DNA of 64,000 bases from Vairimorpha necatrix (Eukaryota), in contig CP142737.1 of assembly GCA_036630325.1 (NCBI GenBank), forward strand, positions 496,001-560,000, written 5' to 3'. A program made the position numbers and the translations under genes. Every line of letters begins with the position of its first letter. Position 1 is the stretch's first letter. The notes under the pieces were generated by a model, which was given only the letters and a program-made list of their open reading frames with translations, was not told where the DNA came from and ran no database searches. Shown piece after piece: positions 48,547 through 61,174 of this stretch.

Positions 48547-51500
48547 GATTCCAGGTCTTGTGGTATATGATTTGTGAATTTAGTCACTATACCATCCCAA
48601 GTGATTACGTAGAGAATTATTTCTGTTTTAAAACCATATTTAAGCCCAGTTTGTTCTCAAGGACATCATACTTTCTTAACTTATCGTTTTCTACTTGCTG
48701 TAGATTCTCTTGTGATGTGAGACCTATTTCAATTATTCTGATCAATTTATTCTTTTTAACTATTCGATAATATCAGGTTTTTATATTTGATCTTTATGTC
48801 CGTTTTTATCGTCGTGTCTATTCTTATTTCCACATCTTTGTTGGCAACTATCTGTTGTACTGAGTGGTTTCTTAATCTCTTCTTAACTGCACTTTATATT
48901 TTTCACACAGTAATAGGCGGATGCGTTTACTATTTCATTGTGCCTTCTCATATAAGCGTGTCCTAGCATTTTTTCGCACCTTGTCGCTAGGTGATCCACG
49001 TCCTTTGCTGATTTATTGCAATGGGGGCAGGTTCCAATCGATCCATTAAATATATTTTGGTCTTGTAGGGCACATAACTTACTTTCTGTCCCGGTATTCG
49101 TTTTACCTACTTTAAGCCATAGTGATAAATTTTTAATGTCGACTATTTCATTTTCCTTTGGCCTAAACAACTTTTTAAGTTCTGTTTTATTATTTATGTT
49201 GTTGTATAGGGCATTTAACTGAGCTTCAACTAGTGCTTTCTGTTCCACATCTTTTAGCTTTTATTTCCTGGACGTATGCTTTAATTAGAAAAAAGTGAGT
49301 TTTCTTTTTTTTCCTGGTTTATTATAATAGCTCGTCTCCTAGGGTAAATATTGATCGATTGTTCGAAGTCTGTCCTTAGTTTGAGTAGCATGCTTTCACT
49401 TTTTAGCACTGCACTAGTTAGTCCTCTTCCGAGCGCATCGCGGGAAGGTATAGCCTTTCTTTGCATGCCGGCTGTGAATGACCTTCATATATGTTCAATG
49501 ATATTCTAATAAAAGAGTCTATCTCCTCAAATATCTCCGGTTTTAAATCTAGTACCCCGACATAATAATTTATAGGCTATATAGCAAATTCATTAATTGA
49601 CTTAAAATTGTTTTTGGCGTTAAGTTTTGAACAGCAAATCATTCTTACTCGTGACTTTATTTTTTCCTTTATGAGTTCAATTGTACTATCACTTGGTTTG
49701 TTTTCTCCGGTTTCTAAAACTCCTAGGTATTTATATTCATCATCCTGGCCCATAATAGACATTTTCGCGCTGCTGATTTCACAATTTATCGCAGATTTCT
49801 TTTCATTTATTTCTAGTCCGACTGCTTTTAAAAATTTCATTATTTCTGCTATCATTACTGCTAGTGTTTCTTCTTTTTCTGCTACTAATTTTAGATCGTC
49901 TATAAAAAGAAAATGGTTTGTACAGTAGGACTCCGTCTTTTCTAAGTTTATACCTACCTTAGGATAAGTAGCATTCAATTTTTTGGATAACGGGTTCATT
50001 GCTAGTACGAAAAGTGAGGGCGACGGACTGTCTCCTTGAAGAATTCCTTTTTCAATCTTTTTTTTCATAATTTTCTTATTATCTACAAGAATATCTATCT
50101 CCCAGCTATTCATAATAAACGATATAAATTTGATTATCCAACTTTCTATTTTAAGTCCTTCTAAAGTCTTTTCCAAATATTTATGTTCTACGCTGTCAAA
50201 AGCTTTTTTCACATCGATCCATGCAGTCTTAAGTTTACAGTCGTACTCGTCATTGATTGCTATGTTAATCATAACTTGCTTTTTGGCTCTTTGTATGATA
50301 CTTCTGTACCCTGGCTGATTTTCGGCTAAATTTCTCTTTGAATAATTTCTTCCTGTAAGCATTTAGTTACACATTTAGTTGTATGCTTGTACAGATTAGA
50401 CATGCATGTTATTGGTCTAAACTCTGATCCTTTCTCACATTTATCTTTCGGTATTAGGTAGAAGAGTCCCTCACACATTTCCTTTTCTAAGCTGTTGTTA
50501 ATACATGCGTCTTTTATTAACCTATACATGTGGCCATGCAGTGACTCTATTTTCTTAATAAAGAAATTATAAATTCCATCTGGTCCAACAGCTTTCCAAT
50601 TTGGCATAAACTTAATTATTTGCATAAATTCTCTGTAATCTAAAAATATCTTCCGTTCCGGGCTTTTCTCTACGTAGTGCTCATCGATATATTCTAAATA
50701 TGAGGTTTCTTCCCTTTCTTTTGGAAGTTTCCACATCTCGCCCTAAAAATTACAAATTTCTTCTTCTGATGTTTTGATTTCTATTTTTTTGTCTTCGTTT
50801 AAATCTCTGTAAAACTTAGCTCTATATAATTCGAACTTCCTATTTGTTCTTCTAAAATTTAGACGATCCTCAAAACAACATAACTTTTTTTGTATATTTT
50901 TGAGTTTTCTTGTAATTCGCTATCACTTCTTTAATGTTGGTTTTACTACTTAAAATTTTACCCGTGTCTCTCATTATAGCTTTTGCTAATTTTTGTTCAT
51001 CGGGTTTTATATTTTATTTTCTTCTAATAACTTTTCTGTTAGTGTTATCTTTTCATCACAAATATTTATTTTCTTAGTTATATTTTTTTTCCATGTAGAT
51101 TTTACTCTTAGCTTAAGCGATTCATTTTTACAAACAATCTGTGATGATTGCAGAATTCTTGCTATATCTGTTAAGCGATTAGGAGGGTATAACTTCACAT
51201 ACTCACACACTGATGTATTAATATATTCTATTAGTTCGGAGTTGACCATTTTACTATGAATTTTATTTGTTCTTTCGGCTAATGTCGGCTTTAGGAGAAA
51301 ATTTTCGATATAGGTTTTTTTTTGTTTTTTTTGCCCCTTTTTTCAAAAATGGAGGAGAAAATTCAAACAAGAGAGCAATTAGAAAACATATATAATGCAT
51401 TAATAACCAAAAATAAAATAAAGAATTGTGAATTATGTGATGCTCAGATGATAATAAAGAATAAACAAAAACTTATCTTGATGTGTAAATGGAGTACTTG

Positions 51501-52173
51501 TAAAAAAAACAGTTTCAATATGGAAAGGTACTTTATTCCAATATTCTAGACTTAACCATATTACAGTATTACAAATACTTAATATGTGGATTCTAGGATA
51601 TCCTCGAAAATCTATTTGTCAAATTTTGGGTTGTTCAGCGGAATAGGTATCATTTATACTAAAAAAGTTAAAAGAATTGGATATTTATGAAAAATATTTA
51701 TTTAGTATTGGCGTTATAGGCGGTGAAAATACAGCAGTGGAAATCGATGAGACGAAGATTGGCAAGAATAAGAATAATAGAGGTAGAATTTTGAAAGGTT
51801 TCTGGTGTTTTGGTATGGTCGAATTTACCATACACCGCCGAATTATATTTATATACATTAAGAAAAGAGACCAAATAACGCTAACTAATCTTTTGTTAAA
51901 ATATGTAGATAGAAATAGTATAATTTATAGCGATATGTGGAAAGCCTACCGTAATTTAGGCTTAATATGTAACAAACATCTAATGGTAAATCATTCTCTA
52001 CACTTTAGAGACCCACTTACTGAAGTTCATAACAATACCATATAAGGTAATTGGCGATCTTTAAAAAATTCTATACCAAATAGAAATAGATCAGTTCGGA
52101 ATGCATAACTTTATTTATTTAGCTATATGCTTCAAAGAAATTCTTCTAGTTCTGTGTTTGAAGCATTAATAAA

Positions 52174-53990
52174 TGTCAAGCGCCCAGGGCGCACGTGCGC
52201 CCAGCCCGCACAAAAACGAAGTTTTTGCCGGGTTCGAGCGCAGTGAGAACAATTTTTTTTTTCCGAAGGAAAATTAAGGAATAAAAAATAATAGATTTGT
52301 TTTACTTTAAAAAGATAATTAAATTGTTTAGATTTACAGAAGTTTTTTTTTTGCATGGGAATATTTTTGATATATGAATCTTTTTAAACTCAAGATAATA
52401 TGTTGGGTTCGGGAATCCTTATAAGTAAAAGTACTGAAAAAATATATAAACTAATTTTTTATTTTTTAATCAAATTTAAATCTACTATAACTTCATTTCC
52501 TTCTAAATTTAACTTTACTCGATTGTTAGATAAAATTTCTATTACTATAGACTCTTTATGATAGAAAGATTCAAGTTTTTTTTCTTAGTTTTTTTATTAT
52601 TATCAAAATCTTTTTTCAATAAAACAGTATCACCTACTTCAAAATCATAAATAGAATTGTGTACCGCGCGTCTATCCATTCGTGCAAAGTATTTTTTTTG
52701 GTAACTCGAAAATACACAGTCTTCTTTAGATTTTTCTTCCTTTTTAACACAATCGATTTCATTATCAACAGACACAGGACATATTTCTCTATCTAACTCT
52801 AAAGACACTTTATTCTCAGGTTCTAAATTTTTACGAACTACTGTGTTGTAACCAGCTCTGTTAAACATTTTCTCAAATGGAGTAAAAGAAGTCGCAGAAT
52901 GAACTGCTTGATTATAAACACTAGTAACCTTTTTTTAGACAATCAATCCACCTTTCACTTCGTTCTGATGTTTCTTCGTCCATTAATTTTTTTGATAATA
53001 ACCTTGTGATTGTTTGGTTAAACCGTTCCACCTGACCCTGTGTCTGTGGATGTCTAGGTCTCCCGTTTATTAGAAGGATTTTATATTTTGATGCAAGATC
53101 ATACATCAATTTGTTCCTAAACTCCTTACCATTATCACTTTGAATGATCCCAGGTACACCATAATGTTCAAATAAATCCTCCAAACACTCTATAACACAC
53201 TCAGCTGTCTTACCTTTTAATGGATATGTTCTGGCAAATTTTGAATATACATCCAAAATAGATAATATCCAGCAATACCCATCGTTAAACTCCTTGTATG
53301 ATCTCATATCAATAAGATCTATCATTAGGCGTTCCCATGGAAATTCTGCTGTAATATGTTTCATTTTTTCCTTTGTCTTCAAAGGCTGACATTGAGCGCA
53401 AATTTTACATTCACGTACAACATCACGTATCAATTCCCTTGGGATTGAAAAATATAAACATTTACTTTTTAGGTATAGGGCATTCTGACCTAAATGCCCA
53501 TCTACGTGAAGTTTTTGCATTTCTAACTTCATCGCACAAATATCCGTTTGTGCAAAACCCTTTAAATGTAGATTGTCGATACCTCTTAAGTAAAGATGAT
53601 TATCTACAATTGTAAAGTGTTCAGCCTTTTTCCTTAATCTCGCCAAAGAAAACCTCGAAATATCTTTTACGACTTTGTTTTCTACAATAATATCTAGAAT
53701 ATTTTTATATTTTTCCGAGTTTTTCACAGGTAAGACCATTTGAGGGATGTTATGAAATATTTTTTAAAATGGTGTTGTTTTTAACTTATTTATATTTTTA
53801 AGGTTTTTTTTACTGAGTTTAGCTCAGCGGTCAGAAATTCTGAAACGAACTGGTCAAATTTTAAGAGGAAGGGTTCGATCCCCGCGCGAGCCATTTTTCA
53901 TAAGCTCCCTTAAAAAAATGAAAAATGGCTCAAAAAGCGGGAATTGGGCCGTGTGCGGGCTGGGCGCACGTGCGCCCCGCGCGCGCGACA
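52174..53990 (-). mobile_element. Ginger/TDD-like DNA transposon (retroviral-type integrase between TIRs)
   Basis: GC-rich TIRs TGTC..GGGCGCACGTGCGCCCAGCCCGCAC; TSD ATAAA; no gag, RT or LTR. Confidence 0.8.
52921..53739 (-). CDS. rve-type integrase/transposase (C-terminus frameshifted into 52545-52868)
   Basis: H..GH/C..C zinc motif, IDLIDM, QSDNGKEF, RPRHPQTQGQVERFN. Confidence 0.87.
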   Translation of the reverse strand: MVLPVKNSEKYKNILDIIVENKVVKDISRFSLARLRKKAEHFTIVDNHLYLRGIDNLHLKGFAQTDICAMKLEMQKLHVDGHLGQNALYLKSKCLYFSIPRELIRDVVRECKICAQCQPLKTKEKMKHITAEFPWERLMIDLIDMRSYKEFNDGYCWILSILDVYSKFARTYPLKGKTAECVIECLEDLFEHYGVPGIIQSDNGKEFRNKLMYDLASKYKILLINGRPRHPQTQGQVERFNQTITRLLSKKLMDEETSERSERWIDCLKKGY

Positions 53991-55614
53991 ATAAATTTAT
54001 TTTTTTAATTTTTATTTTTGTTTCTTCCTCCACATTTTTTCTCCTCCATTTTTGAAAAAAAGGGGCAAAAAAAACAAAAAAAACCCTATATCGAAAATTT
54101 TCTCCTAAAGCCGACATTAGCCGTTCTTTCTACTTCTATTTCTTTTCTTCTAAACTTTTGATGCAGTTAAACAACAAGTTTTTAATTTTTCCATCCAAAG
54201 CCGCCTCTTTCAAGCTGCATTCCCCTACTATGTATTTTATTGTTTTCATTCTTTTGCTTGTTTGGAGTTGTGCAAGAAATTTCATATTGCTTGTTTGTTG
54301 GCTGCCTTCTGTTGTCACTCTTGCCCTAGATTTCTGCTTCAGTTCTTGCAAGTAAAGTGGAGTCGAGCTAAATTTACTATCGTATACCTCAGGTGTGAGA
54401 TCCCATCCTCCTCTTGGCATCCGTCCGAAACGCTGGAGAATTGCCTCCAGCACTCTTCCGGGCCACTCGTTGGAATTCGATTCCACATATGTGAGCAGAG
54501 ACTTTAGAGACACAAGACGCTCGCTCTTATCATTTATTGTCTGTATGCCATCCTCAGTTCCTTCCTGCTTTGTATCGTGTTCATTTGTATCTGGTTTTTC
54601 TTCCTGGTGTTTTTTGTTTTCAAATCGCTTTTTTTACCCTTCATTTTATATTTTAAAAACAATATTTACAATAATACATGATAATAAACACAAACAAAAG
54701 AATATCTGTTGGTTATATTATGGTCATATATATTGCCACACTATTAAAAAATAAGTAAGAAGCTTAGCTTGCTTACATACTCATACAACAATATAAAATA
54801 GTATATTGACTTAAAAAATAGCCATTACATTGTAAATTGATATTTAAATGACAAATTATAATATTTTTATACGCTTTCTACTCTCATTAAATCGGTGTTT
54901 GCTTGTATAACTTAAAATGCTTGCTAAAATTTTAATTTTCTGACAGCTAACATGCTTCCATTTTTTTTCATATTTAACATTCAGATCAAGATTAGTCACT
55001 AGTTAATTTTGTGCTATATAGCAAACTCTTAAGCTTTTTATTTATTCCTATTAAGAGGGAGATTCTTGTTTTTTAAACTTTATAAAAACAAATACTGCAT
55101 CTGATTCATTTATAAATTTTAATAAACATATATTTCTTTGTAATTCTTATACATATATATATAACCGAACTGACGTTATCGCTGGGCACTTTGCCCAGTT
55201 TAAAATAATTTTTATTTAAAGGCTCTTCTGGCCTGTATTGTATTCGTCTTTGTTTAGTTTTGACCCGTCATAGTTTTGCTTAGCATTTCTTCTCTCGTAG
55301 CTAATACCCTAATTTTCAGAAATATGCATTTATAAAAAAAAAATTCAAAAATTCATTTTTTCTAGAAAAGTTTTTGTAAATTAAAAAATAATTTTCTTGA
55401 CATGTGGATTATACCGCACTAACGTTTTTTTTATTATATTTGTTACCCTCGAGAGATCTGGTGGCGGAATAAGATTTGCTTTTAAAAGTAATAGGTTTTT
55501 AGCATTCTTATTTTTTTTTTTTTTTGGGGGGGGGAGTTATCCTTAAATACTTTGTTTCGTTTGTTTGTTTACACGACGAGCGATGACAGTAAACAAACAA
55601 TAATGTTAGGGAAG

Positions 55615-57202
55615 GGTGACCGGAAGTTTCGTCCCGGTGGTAGGGGTTAAAAATAAAAAACTCGTTTTTTGTTTTTTTTTTATTTTTTTAACCCCTACCA
55701 CCGGGACGAAACTTCCGAAAAAAAAAAAATAAAACTTATATATTTCAATCATTATAAAGACAAAATCTGCATCAACCCCTTCATCCACAGCCTTATCCAA
55801 AAAACCAGCTAGCCGAATCTCTTTATTAATGTATTTTTGTTTACGTTCAAAAACATGATTTAAAACTGTTTGTTGTATTATCTTAATTCTAACTATATCT
55901 TCTTCATCCTTTAACTTGCTCACTAATAGATAAAACCTGTAGCGACTAGTACCAAATGTGTTTTTAAAGGGATTACCCAACCTTCAATAGCATTATTCGT
56001 TCTTGGAAAATCTATATCCATATTATTTCACGTGTGCCACAAATTCGCGAAAACGGCAGCCTAAATCAATATAATTTGTAAAGAAATAGCAATATAACTC
56101 AGTCAAGCATTCCGGAAAATTTCTGTCTTGTTTTAGTTCCAAAAAAGTAGACAATATTTCGTCATATTCAACATATGGTGTGTCGTAAGAGACAAAACAA
56201 ACTTTTTCATCATAGGTAAACATGTGTAAACAGAAGAAAGTCCTGAACTTTTAACACGCCTATCAATAGCCTGAGCTAAGTGAAAAAGACAACCTGAAAT
56301 TTGACAATCCGGGAAAACTCTAGAAAATGCTCTTATCGCAGCATACTCAAAATCAGTTTTATTAATCTTGGTTGAGCTCTGGAAACCTTTTTTTTAACAT
56401 TTGAAACAAAAAAACAATAGGTTTCAATCTTTTTTTCTTTCAAAATTGCAAATATTATAGGGAATACTTGCGCATCACGGATAAAAATACTGTTTAAAGT
56501 TGATAATATGGAATTTGAACCTCCGCAAAGGTCCCATCCATCGCCTAAATGTCAAATAGAGCCAATTTTTCCATAGCCGAATCTGTATAAAAAATTATTA
56601 TACTGTCATTGGGTTCGTCACTCCCGTAATTTTCAGGCCCATATCGATACCATTGTTCGCCTGTATGACTGATTAATAAATCAACACACAAATCAAATTT
56701 TTGGTTGGTGTTTGGTTTTGGATTAAAGGAATTCATCCGAGCATTCCTTAATATCCTTCCAATAGGCTCAATAGGACCTACTGCGGCGATTGTTTCTTCC
56801 CCAGCTCCTCTTAAGGCAGAAAAAAAATGTTTCTAGGAGAATCTTTGGAAATATTTTCCCGTTTCATTTTATCTATTTTATACTTCTTACAGACCAGTTC
56901 AGGATTTGGTTCATGATTATGGGCAGAAGAAATAATAAAGGATTCGAGATTATTGACGTAAACAATACTACTGGTGGCTTTGGCATTGCAGCTTCGTACA
57001 ATGCATCGCCACTTTATAGTAGTTTTGTTGATTCTTTTTTTCTCGTAAATATATAGAATTTCATCTATTATTTAATTCATATTCCTGTTGCTTTTAATGA
57101 TCCTTCTTGGCCAGGTCATGGGGGTAAAAAATAAAAAAATAAAAAAGTTCGTTTTTTTTTATTTTTTTAACCCCTAAAACCGGGACGAAAAAGCCGGGTA
57201 CC
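55615..57202 (-). mobile_element. Mutator-like (MULE) transposon, decayed
   Basis: Minus-strand motifs AMDGTF (~56530), DFEYAAIRAF (~56340), GCLFHLAQA (~56280), RTNNAIEGW (~55990); TIRs GGT..CCGG...TTTCGTCCCGG; no TSD seen. Confidence 0.82.
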
Positions 57203-58039
57203 GAATTTACAACCCTTCTTAAGAAACGTTTTGTCAAGTATAGTGACACGGAATTTACACTATCAAAATTCCTTACTTCTTTTATGCCCTCATCAAGAGA
57301 GGAATTCTCAGAACTATTCAAGACTGGAACTCTTATTTTAAACAAAAACTTTATGAATGTAGGAGCATTGATGCAGGTACTCATTAGCAAGTGCCCAGAT
57401 ATGATTAAAGCCACTCTTTTTGAAACAGCCGAAAAGGCAAGAGACTGGCAACATTTCTGCCAAAGAGCAGAATAACTATCATGGATAGCGTACCCAGATA
57501 ATTTACTGAACAGAGTCTCAACCACCTTTAAAATAAAACGTTTACACAACATGACCCTAACCAGCCAATTTGAACGATTGTTAAAAGATAATGTTGAACT
57601 CGAGGAAATTCTTACTCTGGATATAACTAAAAATGATGAACTTAACGCTTTAATTCCTGAAAGTAATGAGAAGCTCGATGTTGAAAGATTGAAATTCATA
57701 TTTGAAGATCCAAGAAATACTGGCTACAGTGGTTTAGTAAGTAATTTACAGTTTAATTTGAAAAGAAAAGAGATAAATCCTGAACTATACAGATCTTTTA
57801 AGAATATAGTTTTCAGCATTAAATATATGAGTCTTGAAAATAATATAAAATTACTAATTAAAAGAGAATTAGAGAAAATTAATAAAGATGGGTTAAGTTC
57901 TCGACTTACCCCCCACCCCACCCCTAAAAAAAACAAAAAAAATTATTCCACAATGTAAAATCTATTTCAGGAATAATATCATATGCTACAATACTAAAAT
58001 TGCCTATTTCAAAAAATTCTAACATTTTATCTAATAGAT

Positions 58040-58315
58040 TGATGTATCCCACTCTGAAATACGTCTCCAAAATACTTTTATTAAAATTCAGTTTATTATT
58101 AATATTTTTATCGTTTAATCCAGGTCTGTCCCCGGTCGTTGTTCGGTCTGTTTCCTTAATTCTTTGTTGGTTGTGTTTCATCTTGTATTGTATGGATCAG
58201 GGTCTATTTTTTATTTATAGCTTTTATTGTTTATTTGATACCCAAACAAACAAACAAAGCAAAACAAACAAAACAAAATTAATAAATGTGTGGATCTTTA
58301 AGCAAGGATACCACA
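58040..58315 (-). mobile_element. Solo LTR
   Basis: TG..CA; TSD TAGAT; encodes KSILETYFRVGYI. Confidence 0.88.
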
Positions 58316-59222
58316 TAGATCTTCACGATTTGTTAATTTGAATCTATTAATGTAAATCTTTCTTACAAGATTCATAATAGTACCATGACTAGTTCCGCTT
58401 TTTCTTAGTTCTCTTTAAAGAACCGACCACATTCCCTCTATAGTCTGAGTATGCGCACCAGTTATATTATCAACAAAATTTTAGCTGTGATTCACAGTCA
58501 AATGTAGATACTCATATTCTACACAGATTGTTTGAATATCACTATAGCCGCGCCAACAATCTGTTACAATTGTGGTCCCCAGAGCAATTTTTCTTGTGAT
58601 TAATTCAACAAGAGTAGCTCTTGTTCTATTTTCTACGATTTCAAAGAAAAAAGAATTCCCATCCCCTCTCACAACGCCTCCAACTGCCCATACTTGATAT
58701 TGAAGAACCCTCCCCACATGGTTTTTACTTTTTACAAGTAGAGTTTCATCGGTTCTTCTCCGTTTTGCTGCCCTAAAAAAATGGGGCAGCAAAAATAAAA
58801 AAAAATAAATTTTATAAAATCAATTAGAACATCCATTTCTACATTCTTGAATACGTTATTTAAAAAAAAATTTCTAAACGTAAATTCTTCGAGCCAAGAT
58901 TCGATATTCACACGTTTTACTTCGTGCTGTCAATATTATTAGTATGAAAACCTTTTTCATTAGTAAATCCTATTGAATGATTTACAATAATGTGTTTGAG
59001 TTTTAGATTTGCACTACACCGGGATAACTAGGATAAACATAAAAATAAGAACTGATCTGGTAAGACTATATCTCCTATTATCTTTGTTAAAGTATTTATC
59101 TTTCGATCCGGAACTTGTACTATACAAAATTTTTTTCTATCTACAGTTTCTATTAACCCCCAAATCCATACAGTATCTTTAATTCCATCATCTGCTCTAG
59201 ATGAAACTCTAATAGTTCCTCT

Positions 59223-61174
59223 TGTGGTATTATTTACCACATTATTTTATTTTTATTTATTTTCCCTCCAAATGAATTTTCTAGAAAATATTTTACTATA
59301 AATATTTTCCTTTTATTTTACCCCAATACACGTAAGGATGAAACTGAGAAGAGAAAACAAGGAGTCTATTAAACCAAACAATAAAAATAATTATAATAAC
59401 AATCAACGTTATATTGCAGGGAGGAGCACCATAGAGTGCTATTTACAAACAGGCCGCCTCCCTGGTGGTAACACCATAATGAGCTCATTATGTGTTAATG
59501 AGAAGCTCAGTGCTTTTGAAGAAAAGCGGAAATATGAAAGCCGCATGGTCGATAGCGAAGAATTCACGCTATTCGACAAAAAGATTAAAGGAACTACAGT
59601 GGTAGTCAAAGAGAAAATAAAGAAAATCAGAAATATGAAGAGAGATTGCAACTTAAAGCATCTCGAGAAATTTGAAGCGTTGGCACAGGCCAACGAGTGG
59701 AACGACGAACAGATGGGAATAATTTACCATTCTGTAATAGAAGATGGAAGACTCGGACATAAACTGACGAGTACTAGTTATAAGACCTTAAGGAGCGAAA
59801 TTTTGAAAATCATATATTCAAGGAACGATGTCACATTATTGATGACAAAATTAGAAACAATTAAACAGATTGATTTTGAGAGGATCATAGACTATTATGA
59901 AGAGATCGAAAGAATTATTGAAATCTATGGTATGATTATGGGACTAAGCAAGAAAGAGTCCAATGCCAGACTGTATGAGGCATTCAACAGAGGATTGGGC
60001 CGTTGCACGGCAATAGAGTTATTGAAGAATGGGATGGACAACAGCTCCATAATTGATCTAGTTAAGTACCTTCAGAAATTAGAAGAAGGAATTGAGTTGC
60101 AGGGAACTCTCGCTCAAACACGTATAACCCCTAGTGAGAGACGTGCATTTAAACAAGAAATTCCCCAAGAAACAGGCAGATATGTGAGAACGAATAAATG
60201 GTGTTCTGTACATCGAGTCAAATCTCACGATACGCGAGATTGTTATTTAAGAAAGCTAGAAACTGTAGATAAAGCAATAAAAAAAGAAAAAAAACTATTT
60301 ATAATTAATAAAATTCCTAAAGTTAAATTAGATAAAAAACTTGAGAAAATTAACTGCCTACTCATCCAAAAACAAAAATCAAATCTAATCATCGACCAAA
60401 AGAAATACATAAATAAGTCAAAAAAAGATTCAGAAAGTCGATTTCAAAAGAATTTTGATAAAAAAATGGACGCTGTCTCATCTAAAAGCGCAACCCCTAC
60501 GATTAATTGTGTGGAAAGGACAGGGAACATTGTGCCAAATACAGGCAAATATCCAAGAAATGATAAGGGGATTACTAAAGAAATAAACAAACCGCCTGAT
60601 GATATTAAAGACAACTACCAAGGGACAAAAGCTTTACCAACCCCTAACAATGGTAATGATAGGAATAAAAATAAATTAAATAATGGCGCAACGAGGAATT
60701 ACTACCGCCGAAATAGAATGACGCAGATGTTATTTGACAGAAGCAGACATAAAGGAAACGGTGTACCTAAGGAGCAAATATATGATTGCTTGAACTCGAA
60801 CCTAGATTTGAGGCTAAAACTATCTAGTATAAATTATTCTAAAAACTTATGGAAAGAATCAATTGGCGATTACGGAGGAACTCCCATTCTAAATTGTTGA
60901 ATCTGTTGGAGGAGGTAGTATGTGGTATTATTTACCACATTATTTTATTTTTATTTATTTCCCCTCCAAATGAATTTTCTAGAAAATATTTTACTATAAA
61001 TATTTTCCTTTTATTTTACCCCAATACACGTAAGGATGAAACTGAGAAGAGAAAACAAGGAGTCTATTAAACCAAACAATAAAAATAATTATAATAACAA
61101 TCAACGTTATATTGCAGGGAGGAGCACCATAGAGTGCTATTTACAAACAGGCCGCCTCCCTGGTGGTAACACCA
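59223..61174 (+). mobile_element. Gag-only LTR element G5
   Basis: 254-bp near-identical LTRs at 59223-59476 and 60921-61174; PPT GGAGGAGGTAGTA; TSD CCTCT (two extra bases, CA, on the right). Confidence 0.9.
59338..60900 (+). CDS. Gag-like protein, 520 aa, with a long low-complexity C-terminal extension
   Basis: FNRGL, KWCSVHRVKSHDTRDC knuckle; no protease, RT or IN motifs. Confidence 0.8.
   Translation: MKLRRENKESIKPNNKNNYNNNQRYIAGRSTIECYLQTGRLPGGNTIMSSLCVNEKLSAFEEKRKYESRMVDSEEFTLFDKKIKGTTVVVKEKIKKIRNMKRDCNLKHLEKFEALAQANEWNDEQMGIIYHSVIEDGRLGHKLTSTSYKTLRSEILKIIYSRNDVTLLMTKLETIKQIDFERIIDYYEEIERIIEIYGMIMGLSKKESNARLYEAFNRGLGRCTAIELLKNGMDNSSIIDLVKYLQKLEEGIELQGTLAQTRITPSERRAFKQEIPQETGRYVRTNKWCSVHRVKSHDTRDCYLRKLETVDKAIKKEKKLFIINKIPKVKLDKKLEKINCLLIQKQKSNLIIDQKKYINKSKKDSESRFQKNFDKKMDAVSSKSATPTINCVERTGNIVPNTGKYPRNDKGITKEINKPPDDIKDNYQGTKALPTPNNGNDRNKNKLNNGATRNYYRRNRMTQMLFDRSRHKGNGVPKEQIYDCLNSNLDLRLKLSSINYSKNLWKESIGDYGGTPILNC

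Larger units (their letters stand above)
51277..54122 (+). mobile_element. Merlin transposon inside LINE-C
   Basis: TIR GGCTAATGTCGGCTTTAGGAGAAAATTTTCG; TSD GTTCTTTC; IDETKIG, YSDMW. Confidence 0.92.
48547..54650 (-). mobile_element. LINE-C, RLE-type (R4/NeSL/R2-group-like) non-LTR retrotransposon, decayed and interrupted
   Basis: WKAVGPDG, FRPITC, IDVKKAFDSV, GILQGDSPSP, FIDD, YKYLG, CPHC..HLATRC, RRHN, KPDII..IEIG..K..KY. The 5' boundary is approximate. Confidence 0.85.

Noticed and set aside
55165-55600. Isolated hairpins (CTGGGCA/TGCCCAG ~55180-55197; TTGTTTGTTTAC/GTAAACAAACAA 55561-55600)
   Set aside because: Single copy, no recognisable RNA family or Helitron end; cannot be supported.
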